DNA of 35,819 nucleotides from a virus. Both the position numbers and the translations under genes were made by a program. Position 1 is the first letter of the stretch. Each line of letters begins with the position of its first letter. Below the pieces are notes generated by a model. The model searched no databases, was not told where the DNA came from, and worked only from the letters and a program-made list of their open reading frames with translations. Of this stretch, positions 1 to 7,827 are shown piece after piece. The DNA lies in IMG/VR virus record IMGVR_UViG_3300045988_054362, positions 1 to 35,819 of that record; one strand, 5' to 3'.

Positions 1-29
1 CAATCTATGGTGAAAAGAGAAAAGAAAAA

Positions 30-120
30 GGGTCAATTTATAGACCCCAAAAGTCACCCCTAAAATTGACCCCAAATTAGACCCCAAAAATAATGACCCC
101 AATTAAAATTGGTTACCCAA
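30..120. repeat. Cluster of GACCCCAA short repeats (putative protein-binding iterons)
   Basis: Exact GACCCCAA at 43-50, 68-75, 80-87 and 95-102. Degenerate GTCACCCC at 53-60 and TTACCCAA at 113-120. Inverted GGGTCAA at 30-36. These are GC-rich islands in AT-rich non-coding DNA. Confidence 0.75.
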
Positions 121-131
121 TTCCACAGATG

Positions 132-159
132 AAAAGAGCGATTAATTTCGCTCTTTTTT
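132..159 (-). terminator. Rho-independent terminator after the leftward lysogeny operon (potentially bidirectional)
   Basis: Stem GAGCGA (136-141) / TCGCTC (148-153) with loop TTAATT, flanked by an A-run and a T-run. It abuts the stop codon of the 158-802 minus-strand gene. Confidence 0.7.
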
Positions 160-802
160 AGTTTGGAAACCATTGTATTTCTTTAAAAGTTGGTGCTTCA
201 TCAGTGTTTCCTGTCCAATCACAAGTAATGACAAAGCCAAGTTTCTTATCATCTACATATGCGTATCCTTTTACTGCATAAGAATTATCTTGTTTAATCC
301 AATCGAAATTTGAGATTTTATCTAATTCAGATATATTGAAATCTGAATGAATTGCGATTGCCATGTTTACCCAATCATATAAAGCTTCTTTTTCTGCTAG
401 TGTCATAATAACAGTTCTAGGCATTCTAGTAACTGAACCATTTTCATAGAATACTGTTTCATCTTTTTTAACAGTGCTTACAGTATCATCTTTAATATTA
501 AAAGTAATATCAGTGTCTATATATTTAATTGTGCAAGAATCCTCATCTAAATGAGTGATATGAAGTTTTGATTTTTTAATTCCTAGTTTTTTTGCAACTG
601 ATACAATAGATTTTACTTCTTTTTCCGGAACATCCCAATTTTCTGCTATTTCTTCAGTGTATGTAAGCTTTTTTTGTGGTTCACTAGGAGCAATAGCAAT
701 AATTGCATAAAAAACGACAATAATAATTGCACACCATAATAATATCTTTTTCTTCTTACTTCCACCTTTTTGAATAGGTGGTGTTTTAGTTTTGTTCCGC
801 AT
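158..802 (-). CDS. Membrane-anchored protein co-transcribed with the repressor (superinfection-exclusion candidate)
   Basis: 214-aa ORF with a basic N-terminus followed by one hydrophobic helix (ILLWCAIIIVVFYAIIAIA). It overlaps the repressor gene 3' end by 17 nt. No recognisable catalytic motif. Confidence 0.6.
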   Translation of the reverse strand: MRNKTKTPPIQKGGSKKKKILLWCAIIIVVFYAIIAIAPSEPQKKLTYTEEIAENWDVPEKEVKSIVSVAKKLGIKKSKLHITHLDEDSCTIKYIDTDITFNIKDDTVSTVKKDETVFYENGSVTRMPRTVIMTLAEKEALYDWVNMAIAIHSDFNISELDKISNFDWIKQDNSYAVKGYAYVDDKKLGFVITCDWTGNTDEAPTFKEIQWFPN

Positions 803-1163
803 TGTCTAATTCCTTAATGATTCCATAAATGAAATCTAATAACCTTTCCTTTGTTTCTTCACTTGATTTTAAGTAAGCCTTTATAAGTGGCTTTTGGTTT
901 GGGTTGATTTGGTATTCTTCTATGAGTTCGTCAATAGTGTTATCCGGCAATTCTAGAAACATATTGCCTTTACCCTCAGTTAGCCAAAAGTAATCAACAT
1001 TATATTCTTTACAGATTAATTTGATTGTTTGGTCACTAGGATTGTTTACACCTTTTTCAAGGTGGTTAACACTGCTTCGAGTTATACCAATCTTCTTTCC
1101 GAATTTCTCCATGCTTAGGTTCAAGTTAGACCTAATCGCATATATTCTTTCTCCGATTGTCAA
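786..1163 (-). CDS. XRE/cI-like HTH repressor (no S24 peptidase domain)
   Basis: The N-terminus (IGERIYAIRSNLNLSMEKFGKKIGITRSSVNHLEKG) is a classic HTH_XRE motif. The SD AAGGAGG lies on the minus strand just upstream. The gene is divergent from the early operon. Confidence 0.85.
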   Translation of the reverse strand: MTIGERIYAIRSNLNLSMEKFGKKIGITRSSVNHLEKGVNNPSDQTIKLICKEYNVDYFWLTEGKGNMFLELPDNTIDELIEEYQINPNQKPLIKAYLKSSEETKERLLDFIYGIIKELDNAEQN

Positions 1164-1221
1164 AGTACAAAACCTCCTTCATATACATGATATCACGTGA
1201 AAATAAAAAATGTATATCAAA

Positions 1222-1303
1222 GTTACAAAAAACGCTTTACAAAGTAGAGCTAATTTACTATAATGTGTATGTAAGTTACAAAACATTACAAAATATTACA
1301 AAA
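1222..1303. promoter_or_regulatory. Operator-like (G/A)TTACAAAA repeats flanking the early promoter
   Basis: GTTACAAAA at 1222-1230 is upstream of the -35. Three tandem copies with 10-bp period (GTTACAAAA 1275, ATTACAAAA 1285, ATTACAAAA 1295) lie between the -10 and the first SD. Confidence 0.55.
1236..1264 (+). promoter_or_regulatory. Early rightward sigma-70-type promoter
   Basis: TTTACA (1236-1241), a 17-nt spacer, then TATAAT (1259-1264). On the minus strand the overlapping TTGTAA plus TGATAT could serve the repressor gene. Confidence 0.6.
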
Positions 1304-1320
1304 CATGGAGGATACAAGAA

Positions 1321-1608
1321 ATGAAAACAATGGATGAGGTTTTTAATGAAAGACGTAGACAGATTGAAAGGTGTAGAAAAATTTGTGGTTCATTAAATGA
1401 AGGTTTAAGTACACCTAGATATACGTATCGGTATGATGATTGTGAAAGCGGTTTCACTAAGTTCTATTTTATATTAAATACGGGTGCTGAAATGTTGGTT
1501 AGAACCGTTAAGAACGAGTTTCTAGAAACAGATGAAAGTAAAATTCTTTCGGACTACAGTCCATGTCGTGAACAATTATTGTTATGGAGTATTCAAGGAC
1601 TGTTATAA
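1321..1608 (+). CDS. Hypothetical early protein (first gene of the rightward operon, no obvious HTH)
   Basis: ATG is preceded by GGAGGA at 7 nt. 95-aa ORF. Confidence 0.6.
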   Translation: MKTMDEVFNERRRQIERCRKICGSLNEGLSTPRYTYRYDDCESGFTKFYFILNTGAEMLVRTVKNEFLETDESKILSDYSPCREQLLLWSIQGLL

Positions 1609-1630
1609 AAGTAGAAAAGAGGAACAAGAA

Positions 1631-1864
1631 ATGAGAAAAGAAATTGAAAAGTTTCTAGTAAGAGTGAATTGGAAAATTGAAAGCAAAAAGCGTTCAATTG
1701 AACAAGAAAAAGAATGGCTTGTTAAACAAGCTCAAAGAGTGAATACAAATTGCGCAAAACTATCTTGCGAAAGAATTAAACAACTTGAAGATGAAATACT
1801 AATTCACGAAACATACAAATACGAATTAGAAGCAATTTTAAAATGGGAGGATTTAAAAAAATGA
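1631..1864 (+). CDS. Hypothetical coiled-coil protein
   Basis: An internal ATG at 1631 follows AAGAGGAA. The track ORF 1532-1864 overlaps the previous gene. The sequence is K/E-rich. Confidence 0.55.
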   Translation: MRKEIEKFLVRVNWKIESKKRSIEQEKEWLVKQAQRVNTNCAKLSCERIKQLEDEILIHETYKYELEAILKWEDLKK

Positions 1865-2052
1865 GTTGTATTCAAGAAATGAAATCATTGTATATAAACG
1901 ATTCTTACAAAGGCAAATGTTACAAATGGAACACGGATGATTTATTAATGTATTTATATGTTGATGAACGAGTTATAGCAATCCCATTGAAATATGATGT
2001 GAGTTTAAAAGAAACAGACAATCGTATTGATATTAAAGTATGTCGAAACTAG
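1861..2052 (+). CDS. Hypothetical protein
   Basis: ATG at 1861 follows GGGAGG and overlaps the previous stop (ATGA). Confidence 0.5.
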   Translation: MSCIQEMKSLYINDSYKGKCYKWNTDDLLMYLYVDERVIAIPLKYDVSLKETDNRIDIKVCRN

Positions 2053-2118
2053 CCAATAGGCTAGTCTGCTAGAGATGACCTACTAGCACTGATGATGACA
2101 GGTCATGGAGGTGAAACA

Positions 2119-2244
2119 ATACTAGATAAGAGAATTTTCGAAGCTCTAGGCTTACTTGAAAAGAAAGGCTATGAGCTATCTGAATTCGATAAAGGGTATA
2201 TCGCTTGTATCCTTAACGAATCCAAAAAAGAAGAAAAGAGGTGA
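2119..2244 (+). CDS. Small hypothetical protein (start ambiguous: ATA 2119 after GGAGGTG, or ATG 2092 without an SD)
   Basis: An unlisted open frame runs from 2092 to 2244. GGAGGTG lies 7 nt before ATA 2119. Confidence 0.3.
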   Translation: MLDKRIFEALGLLEKKGYELSEFDKGYIACILNESKKEEKR

Positions 2245-2249
2245 ATGAA

Positions 2250-2429
2250 ATGACTAGAACGTATCATGTAACCTTCGATGTGACTGCAAATGTCACATTC
2301 GAAGTTGAAGCACATGATGAAGTTGAAGCGCAAGAAATTGCGAATCAATTGAATGTTAGAGATTTGGATGAAGTGAATAAAATCAATACTTGTGAATCTA
2401 GAATGGAGGTGTATGCGTGTGATTATTAA
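2250..2429 (+). CDS. Hypothetical acidic protein
   Basis: ATG at 2250 follows AGAGGTG. It lies within the track ORF 2241-2429. Confidence 0.55.
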   Translation: MTRTYHVTFDVTANVTFEVEAHDEVEAQEIANQLNVRDLDEVNKINTCESRMEVYACDY

Positions 2430-2670
2430 TTACAAAGCCTTATTAGATAAAGATGATTTAATTTCATTGTTTGAATGGGGTAATTTATCAACAGGAGGGC
2501 AACGAAACAACGCAAATAAGGTTATGAAATCAATTCGTGAACAATACAAAAAAGACAATGGAATTGATTGGAAAGACACGTTTATTTATAAGAATGTTTC
2601 ACAAAATGTTATTCCAACAGAAACATTCTTAAAATGTTGTCCGGAATTTAAAAAAAGCTTTAGGAGATAA
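2413..2670 (+). CDS. Hypothetical protein
   Basis: ATG 2413 or GTG 2419 follows GGAGGTG. It lies within the track ORF 2392-2670. Confidence 0.5.
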   Translation: MRVIINYKALLDKDDLISLFEWGNLSTGGQRNNANKVMKSIREQYKKDNGIDWKDTFIYKNVSQNVIPTETFLKCCPEFKKSFRR

Positions 2671-2674
2671 AGAT

Positions 2675-2905
2675 ATGCAAGACATTAGAATGAACACAAT
2701 ACAGGAAGATGAAATGGAGTTGAGCATTTATCCATTTAATCCAAAACGAATACATTTAAGCAAGGAAGAAAAAGAACTTTTAAGAGAAAAAAGGTATCAA
2801 AAAAGAATCACAAATTGCGTGAATGTAATTCTAATTACAACAATCGTGATTCTACTTATTTCAATAGCTTGTTTGGGTAAGTCGTATGCAATGTTATTTC
2901 TATAA
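2675..2905 (+). CDS. Hypothetical protein with a C-terminal transmembrane helix
   Basis: ATG follows TAGGAGA. The C-terminus (VNVILITTIVILLISIACLG) is hydrophobic. Confidence 0.55.
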   Translation: MQDIRMNTIQEDEMELSIYPFNPKRIHLSKEEKELLREKRYQKRITNCVNVILITTIVILLISIACLGKSYAMLFL

Positions 2906-3005
2906 AAAGAGGTGCGCACCCTACAAAAAGCACGCACACACAAGAAATGACGTTCTTAAATTAAGAACACATACATTATAGCAGAAAAAAAGGAGAAACG
3001 GAAGA

Positions 3006-3671
3006 ATGGAAGAAAAGAAAATGAATGTATATGAAAAGCTATCTCATATACAAAACGAAATGAAAGTGGGGAAGAATCAATATAACAAGTTTGGTAAATA
3101 TAGTTATAGGTCGGCAGAGGATATCTTAGCAGAAGCAAAAAAGATTTGTGTTAAGTATAGAGCAACTCTAATCCTTACAGATGAAATTGAAGTTATTAAA
3201 GATAGATATTATGTTGTGGCAAATGCAATCTTAAACGATTGGGATTCAAATGAATCAATTGAAGTGAAAGCAATGGCTAGAGAAGAAGAAAACAAAAAAG
3301 GAATGGACGCTTCTCAAGTAACAGGTTCATGCAGTTCATATGCTAGAAAGTATGCGTTAAACGGTTTATTCAACTTAGATGATACAAAAGACGCAGATAC
3401 AGATGAGCAACATGAAGCCATTCAAAATGCACAAACAAAGCAACAGAAATCAGAAAACAATGACAAGTTAAATGAAATTCGTATGAGGTGTTTTAAGGCA
3501 CAAAATGAATTACAGAAGCTAGGAATTGATACACATTCAGAAGCGTTTTGCGAGCATTTAAAAGCCGAATATAAAATCAGTTCACAAGATATTCCTAATC
3601 TAAATGGAAACGGTCTAGTGGCATTAATTAAAGCATACGGAGCTATTTACAAAGAAAATGCGAAAGCATAA
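3006..3671 (+). CDS. erf: ERF-family single-strand annealing recombinase
   Basis: The N-terminus (NVYEKLSHIQNEMKVGKNQYNKFGKYSYRSAEDILAEAKKI) is typical of ERF superfamily proteins. AGGAG lies 10 nt upstream. Confidence 0.75.
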   Translation: MEEKKMNVYEKLSHIQNEMKVGKNQYNKFGKYSYRSAEDILAEAKKICVKYRATLILTDEIEVIKDRYYVVANAILNDWDSNESIEVKAMAREEENKKGMDASQVTGSCSSYARKYALNGLFNLDDTKDADTDEQHEAIQNAQTKQQKSENNDKLNEIRMRCFKAQNELQKLGIDTHSEAFCEHLKAEYKISSQDIPNLNGNGLVALIKAYGAIYKENAKA

Positions 3672-3684
3672 GGAGGAAAGAAAA

Positions 3685-3990
3685 ATGGAATTAGTAAACG
3701 TAACAAATGGACAAATTGAAATTCAAAAGGAAGCACTGAACAAATTGAAATCATTTCAAGAATACAAAAAAGAAATGGATAAATTAGAAAAAGATATTAA
3801 GAAAAATATCTTAGAAGCAATGGAAAAGAACGGTATCAAATCATTTGAAAATGATGTTGTGAAAATTGCATATGTAGAACCATACACAAGAACAACTATT
3901 GATACAAAGTTAGTGAACGAATTAGGTCTTATGCACCAATTAGCAAAGGAAACACAAGTTAAATCTAGTGTTAAGGTAACTTGGAAATAA
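3685..3990 (+). CDS. Hypothetical coiled-coil protein
   Basis: ATG at 3685 follows AAGGAGGAAAG. It lies within the track ORF 3658-3990. Confidence 0.55.
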   Translation: MELVNVTNGQIEIQKEALNKLKSFQEYKKEMDKLEKDIKKNILEAMEKNGIKSFENDVVKIAYVEPYTRTTIDTKLVNELGLMHQLAKETQVKSSVKVTWK

Positions 3991-4277
3991 AACGAGATAA
4001 GTCAATTTTGCAAAAAGACATGTCTAAATGTTATGTATGTGGTTCTACTTTAGATTTACATACACATGAAATATATTTCGGCACTGCAAATAGAAAGAAA
4101 TCAATTGAGCATGGTTGCTATGTACGTCTATGTGCTAGACATCACAATATGAGTAGTGAAGGAGTACATTTCAATCACAAATTAGACATGAAACTTAAAA
4201 AGGAATGCCAAAAGGCATTTGAAGAAGTACACACAAGAAATGAATTTATGAAGATATTTCATAAAAACTATCTATAG
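3981..4277 (+). CDS. Cys/His-rich small protein, putative HNH/NinG-like nuclease (start uncertain: 3981 TTG, 3987 ATA or 4020 ATG)
   Basis: CYVCGS ... HTHEIYFG ... LCARHHN resembles a zinc-binding nuclease pattern. The family assignment is from memory only. Confidence 0.4.
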   Translation: MEIKRDKSILQKDMSKCYVCGSTLDLHTHEIYFGTANRKKSIEHGCYVRLCARHHNMSSEGVHFNHKLDMKLKKECQKAFEEVHTRNEFMKIFHKNYL

Positions 4278-4286
4278 GAGGTAAAT

Positions 4287-4517
4287 ATGCATTCATACAA
4301 TGTTATCACGAATCAAGAATCATATCCTAGAGAAATTTATTATTCTCAAGCTAAAAGGATTGAGGATTTAGAAAATTACATCATGGATGAGAATTTCAAT
4401 CCGTATCAAGATTCATGGACGGATGTTAATAGAATGAAAGAGCTAGGAATTACAGAAGAGCAAATGGAACTTTTCAGAATTCAAAAATTTGAAGAAATGG
4501 AGCAAATGAGATTTTGA
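4287..4517 (+). CDS. Hypothetical protein
   Basis: ATG follows TAGGAGGT at 6 nt. Confidence 0.6.
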   Translation: MHSYNVITNQESYPREIYYSQAKRIEDLENYIMDENFNPYQDSWTDVNRMKELGITEEQMELFRIQKFEEMEQMRF

Positions 4518-5065
4518 AAACAAAACTAATAGGTAACTTCATCCGAAAATCAAGAAATGAAGATGGAAACCTAGAAATAACATTTGAATTAACTGAGCCA
4601 ATATATGAATATTACGCTCAGACACTAAAAAAAGGGGCATACAGTGTAGTTATAGATTCGGTTAAACATTTACGTACACTTAAACAAAATGACCTTATGT
4701 GGGGCTTAATTGGAGATATATGTAGCAATGAAAACGCAAGCCATAGAGACACGTGGGATATGTACTGCGAGTTTTTGAGAATGGCAAAGCAAAAATATAC
4801 ATATGTTTTAGTCGTTAAAGAAGGCTACGACGATTTATGTGTTGCGCATGGAGTTAGAGCAGTACAGGCGTTAGGTACAGAAACAAGAGATAACGGAAAA
4901 GAATTTATAAAATGTAGAGTATTTATAGGTAGTTCACGGATGAATACAAAAGAAATGGGAAATTTAATTGATTGCATATTATATTATGCAGAACAGTTAG
5001 GAATCAACACTAAATACTACTTAGATGAAGGAATCAAGGTGGAAGAAAATAAAATTTGTAATTAA
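4514..5065 (+). CDS. NinB/Orf-like recombination mediator
   Basis: RTLKQNDLMWGLIGDIC and IGSSRMNTKEMGNLIDCILYYAEQLGI parallel lambda NinB (RSLDQNRKLWACLGDVS and GQSTSRMRVGEFAELLELIQAFG), recalled from memory. TTG start in a TTGA overlap. Confidence 0.6.
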   Translation: MKTKLIGNFIRKSRNEDGNLEITFELTEPIYEYYAQTLKKGAYSVVIDSVKHLRTLKQNDLMWGLIGDICSNENASHRDTWDMYCEFLRMAKQKYTYVLVVKEGYDDLCVAHGVRAVQALGTETRDNGKEFIKCRVFIGSSRMNTKEMGNLIDCILYYAEQLGINTKYYLDEGIKVEENKICN

Positions 5066-5417
5066 AGGAAAGCTAGATGGATTGAATGAATATATTAATG
5101 CTTGCAGAACAAATCGGTACAAAGGAGCAGAAATGAAGAAAAAGAATGAGCGATTAATTATGGCTTATATCTTACAGGCAGTAAACTTCGGTGAAATTTA
5201 CGAAGTTAAGAACTACCCAATTAAATTAAATATTAATTGGTATGAACCGAATTCAAGGCGTGATGTTGATAACGTAACATTTGCAACTAAATTCATTCAA
5301 GATTCATTAGTTAGAACGGGAATACTTGAAGATGATTCAAGGAAATACATTAATCAAGTGAATCATACAGTATTTACAGATAAAGAGAATCCAAGAATAG
5401 AGGTAGAGATTTTATGA
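5025..5417 (+). CDS. rusA: RusA-family Holliday junction resolvase (start 5025 ATG, or ATA 5049 after AAGGTGG)
   Basis: KFVIKGKLDGLNEY ... RRDVDNVTFATKFIQDSLV ... DD matches the RusA architecture, including the D-x-D-N acidic motif. Confidence 0.7.
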   Translation: MKESRWKKIKFVIKGKLDGLNEYINACRTNRYKGAEMKKKNERLIMAYILQAVNFGEIYEVKNYPIKLNINWYEPNSRRDVDNVTFATKFIQDSLVRTGILEDDSRKYINQVNHTVFTDKENPRIEVEIL

Positions 5418-5773
5418 GAGAGCAAGAAATGGCAATAAATGTAGCAAAACAAATTTATTTTGATAATATAGAGAATTTTTACAAAATTGCAAATGAGCGA
5501 AACGAAAACGCAAGCGCAAATGATTTATTTAACGAAGCAGAAACATTCAGACAGATAACGAAACAGTTTATATTAAGAGCTAAAACAATCTGCTCGTATA
5601 CACGTGAGAAATTAAATGAAGTAAGAGTTATATGTATTTACAGAGGACTTGAAGAAGAAGGATATATAAGCGATACGCAATTTATAGAATATCTAAAATA
5701 CACCGACAAGATTATTGATGAAATTCTAAAGCAAGTCGTAGTGCTTGGAGGTGAGCAAAATAGCAGTAATTAG
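5414..5773 (+). CDS. Hypothetical protein
   Basis: ATGA overlap with rusA. 119-aa ORF. Confidence 0.55.
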   Translation: MREQEMAINVAKQIYFDNIENFYKIANERNENASANDLFNEAETFRQITKQFILRAKTICSYTREKLNEVRVICIYRGLEEEGYISDTQFIEYLKYTDKIIDEILKQVVVLGGEQNSSN

Positions 5774-6488
5774 AATTATTAAGAACAAAAACTATACAGT
5801 GATGAGCAATACACATTTAAAAGATAAACGCTTATCACTAAAAGCAATAGGCTTATTAAGTGTTGTTCTTAGTTTACCGGATAATTGGCATTATACAGTG
5901 AATGGATTAGTTGGAATTGTAAAAGACGGTGAAAGAGCAGTAAATGGGGCATTATCTGAATTAAAGGAAAATGGATATTTAAGAATAGAAAAACTTTATC
6001 CAAATAAAGAGGGAAGAAGTAAAATTGAATATCAATATATTTTCAGTGAAACACCTCAAGACCTACAAAATGTAGGTCTACATAATGTAGGACTACAAGA
6101 TGTAGGTTTACAAAATGTAGGTACTTATAAAAATACTAATAAACCAAATACTAATAAATTAAATACTAATAAACAAAGTAAACATAAATATGGAGAATAT
6201 TCACACGTGTTACTTACAGATAAAGAACACACACACCTATTAGATTTATATGGTGATTCATTAGATGAGCATATAAAGATATTAGATGAATATATTGAAA
6301 CGAGTGGAAAGAAATATAAAAATCATTCACTCGTGATTCAGAAGTGGGTACATGATGAATGGACTAAAAGAAATAAAGATAAGCCTATCACACTTGATTC
6401 AAAGTTTTACGCAGAGCAAAGCACAAAGACAGATAAAGAAGTACAAGATGAATTTAATAGGCTTAGAGCACAACTATTTGGAGCATAA
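5760..6488 (+). CDS. Replication initiator / replisome organiser (N-terminal wHTH, C-terminal DnaD-like domain); probable ATA start
   Basis: NYTVMSNTHLKDKRLSLKAIGLLSVVLSLPDNW is typical of a phage replication-protein N-terminus. The C-terminal part (VLLTDKEHTHLLDLYG ... KYKNHSLVIQKWV) is DnaD-like. GGAGG lies 8 nt before ATAGCA at 5760. The TTG 5745 and GTG 5751 alternatives sit inside the SD. Confidence 0.7.
   Translation: MAVIRIIKNKNYTVMSNTHLKDKRLSLKAIGLLSVVLSLPDNWHYTVNGLVGIVKDGERAVNGALSELKENGYLRIEKLYPNKEGRSKIEYQYIFSETPQDLQNVGLHNVGLQDVGLQNVGTYKNTNKPNTNKLNTNKQSKHKYGEYSHVLLTDKEHTHLLDLYGDSLDEHIKILDEYIETSGKKYKNHSLVIQKWVHDEWTKRNKDKPITLDSKFYAEQSTKTDKEVQDEFNRLRAQLFGA
6062..6175. repeat. Putative phage origin: four 15-bp iterons plus three 15-bp AT-rich repeats inside the initiator gene
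   Basis: NCTACAnnATGTAGG occurs four times in tandem (6062, 6077, 6092, 6107), each with a CTACA/TGTAG inverted core. AAATACTAATAAAnn follows three times (6131, 6146, 6161). All are in frame (LQNVG and NTNK peptide repeats). Confidence 0.7.
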
Positions 6489-6501
6489 AAGGGGTGAATA
6501 A

Positions 6502-7167
6502 ATGGAAAAAATACAGATTTTAGAACTGTTTGGAGGTATCGGTTCTCCAAGATGTGCGTTAAGAAATATTGGAGTTCCAGTTAAAGCTATCGATTATGTA
6601 GAAATAGATGAAAAAGCAGTTCGTTCTTATAACGCAATGTTTGAAGATGAATTAGCGTATAAAACTCAATCTGTAGTAGGTTGGAATTTAAGACCAGACA
6701 TTTTGATACATGGAAGTCCATGCCAAGATTTCTCGATTGCAGGGAAACAAAAAGGAGCGGATGAAGGCTCCGAAACTCGTAGTTCATTGATGTGGGAAAC
6801 AATTCACATCATTCAACAAATGGGAGTATGGAAGCCTAGATATGTAATTTGGGAAAACGTGAAAAACGTATTGTCAAAACACATGATTCATAACTTCAAT
6901 CGTTATTTGAAAGAAATGGAAAAGATGGGATATACAAATTCGTTTGAAATATTAAATGCAAGAGAATTTGGATTACCGCAAAACAGAAATAGAGTGTTCA
7001 CAGTCTCGATTTTAGGAAATGAATATTTTGAATTTGATGATTTAATCAGAACAAAAGAAAAGAATATCAACGATTTTTTAGAAAAAACATTTGAAGATAA
7101 ATACGTAGTTCGACAAAAAAAGTATGTTAAAAAAAAATTAAATCTAAAGATAGCAGCTTTAAAGTGA
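6502..7167 (+). CDS. DNA (cytosine-5)-methyltransferase, N-terminal part (motifs I-VIII)
   Basis: Motifs seen: FGGIGS (I), GSPCQDFS (IV), ENV (VI), QNRNRVF (VIII). The frame ends shortly after the A9 tract at 7129-7137. Confidence 0.85.
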   Translation: MEKIQILELFGGIGSPRCALRNIGVPVKAIDYVEIDEKAVRSYNAMFEDELAYKTQSVVGWNLRPDILIHGSPCQDFSIAGKQKGADEGSETRSSLMWETIHIIQQMGVWKPRYVIWENVKNVLSKHMIHNFNRYLKEMEKMGYTNSFEILNAREFGLPQNRNRVFTVSILGNEYFEFDDLIRTKEKNINDFLEKTFEDKYVVRQKKYVKKKLNLKIAALK

Positions 7168-7475
7168 AAGTGATTAAAGATTATTGCGATACGATAACGT
7201 GCAAACAAGTACGCAGTCCAAACGCAGGTGTAATTAGATTAGATGATGGAAGATATAGATATTTGACGGAACGTGAATGTTGGAGACTTCAAGGATATAC
7301 GGATGAGGACTTCGATAATGCAGCAAGGGTCAATCCAGGAAAAGAAGGATGTATGAATGGTGCGTTGTATAAGCAAGCTGGTAATTCAATACCTGTTCCA
7401 ATCTTTGAAAGTATATTCCGAAAGATAATACTTAATCAAACTGATATGAGTAATAAAGGAAACAGATTATTTTGA
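7164..7475 (+). CDS. DNA (cytosine-5)-methyltransferase, C-terminal part (TRD end, motifs IX-X)
   Basis: RYLTERECWRLQGY (IX) and GNSIPVP (X). This frame is open from 7131 and lies at -1 relative to the N-terminal part. Confidence 0.8.
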   Translation: MKVIKDYCDTITCKQVRSPNAGVIRLDDGRYRYLTERECWRLQGYTDEDFDNAARVNPGKEGCMNGALYKQAGNSIPVPIFESIFRKIILNQTDMSNKGNRLF

Positions 7476-7484
7476 GGTGATTAA

Positions 7485-7742
7485 ATGATTAATTGGATTT
7501 GTGGAGCTATATGTGGAAGTGGTGCAACACTTCTTCTATATAGCCTAATGGTAGGAAAAAGGATTCAAGAAGAACAGGATAAAGCTACGAAATGTATCTT
7601 CAAGTATGAAGAATACAGAAGAAGAATCAGAACGCTTGAATATCAAAACAAAGAACTAGAAAAAAGAATAATAGAATTACAAACGAAGCACGGTGAAGTC
7701 GTAAGCGTTGAATATTATTCGGATTTTGATGAGGTGAAATAA
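7485..7742 (+). CDS. Small membrane/coiled-coil protein
   Basis: ATG follows GAGGTG. N-terminal hydrophobic helix followed by a K/E-rich coil. Confidence 0.55.
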   Translation: MINWICGAICGSGATLLLYSLMVGKRIQEEQDKATKCIFKYEEYRRRIRTLEYQNKELEKRIIELQTKHGEVVSVEYYSDFDEVK

Positions 7743-7827
7743 ATGGATTACTTAAAGCCAAAAAAAAGAAGAAAAATGTAATAAATGCAAATATGAATAT
7801 TTATCAGAATGTGAACATCCTTGTATC

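Noticed and set aside
2092-2244. Additional ATA-start candidates: 2119, 3987, 5049, and a 24-codon ORF at 9885-9959 beginning ATAGCA.
   Set aside because: Each has an in-frame or competing canonical start (ATG 2092, TTG 3981 or ATG 4020, ATG 5025, ATG 9881), or is too short to evaluate. They are not counted as evidence.
6062-6175. Tandem repeats as a CRISPR array or minisatellite.
   Set aside because: The repeats are contiguous with no spacers, are 15 bp long, and lie in frame inside a replication initiator gene. An iteron origin is the better explanation.
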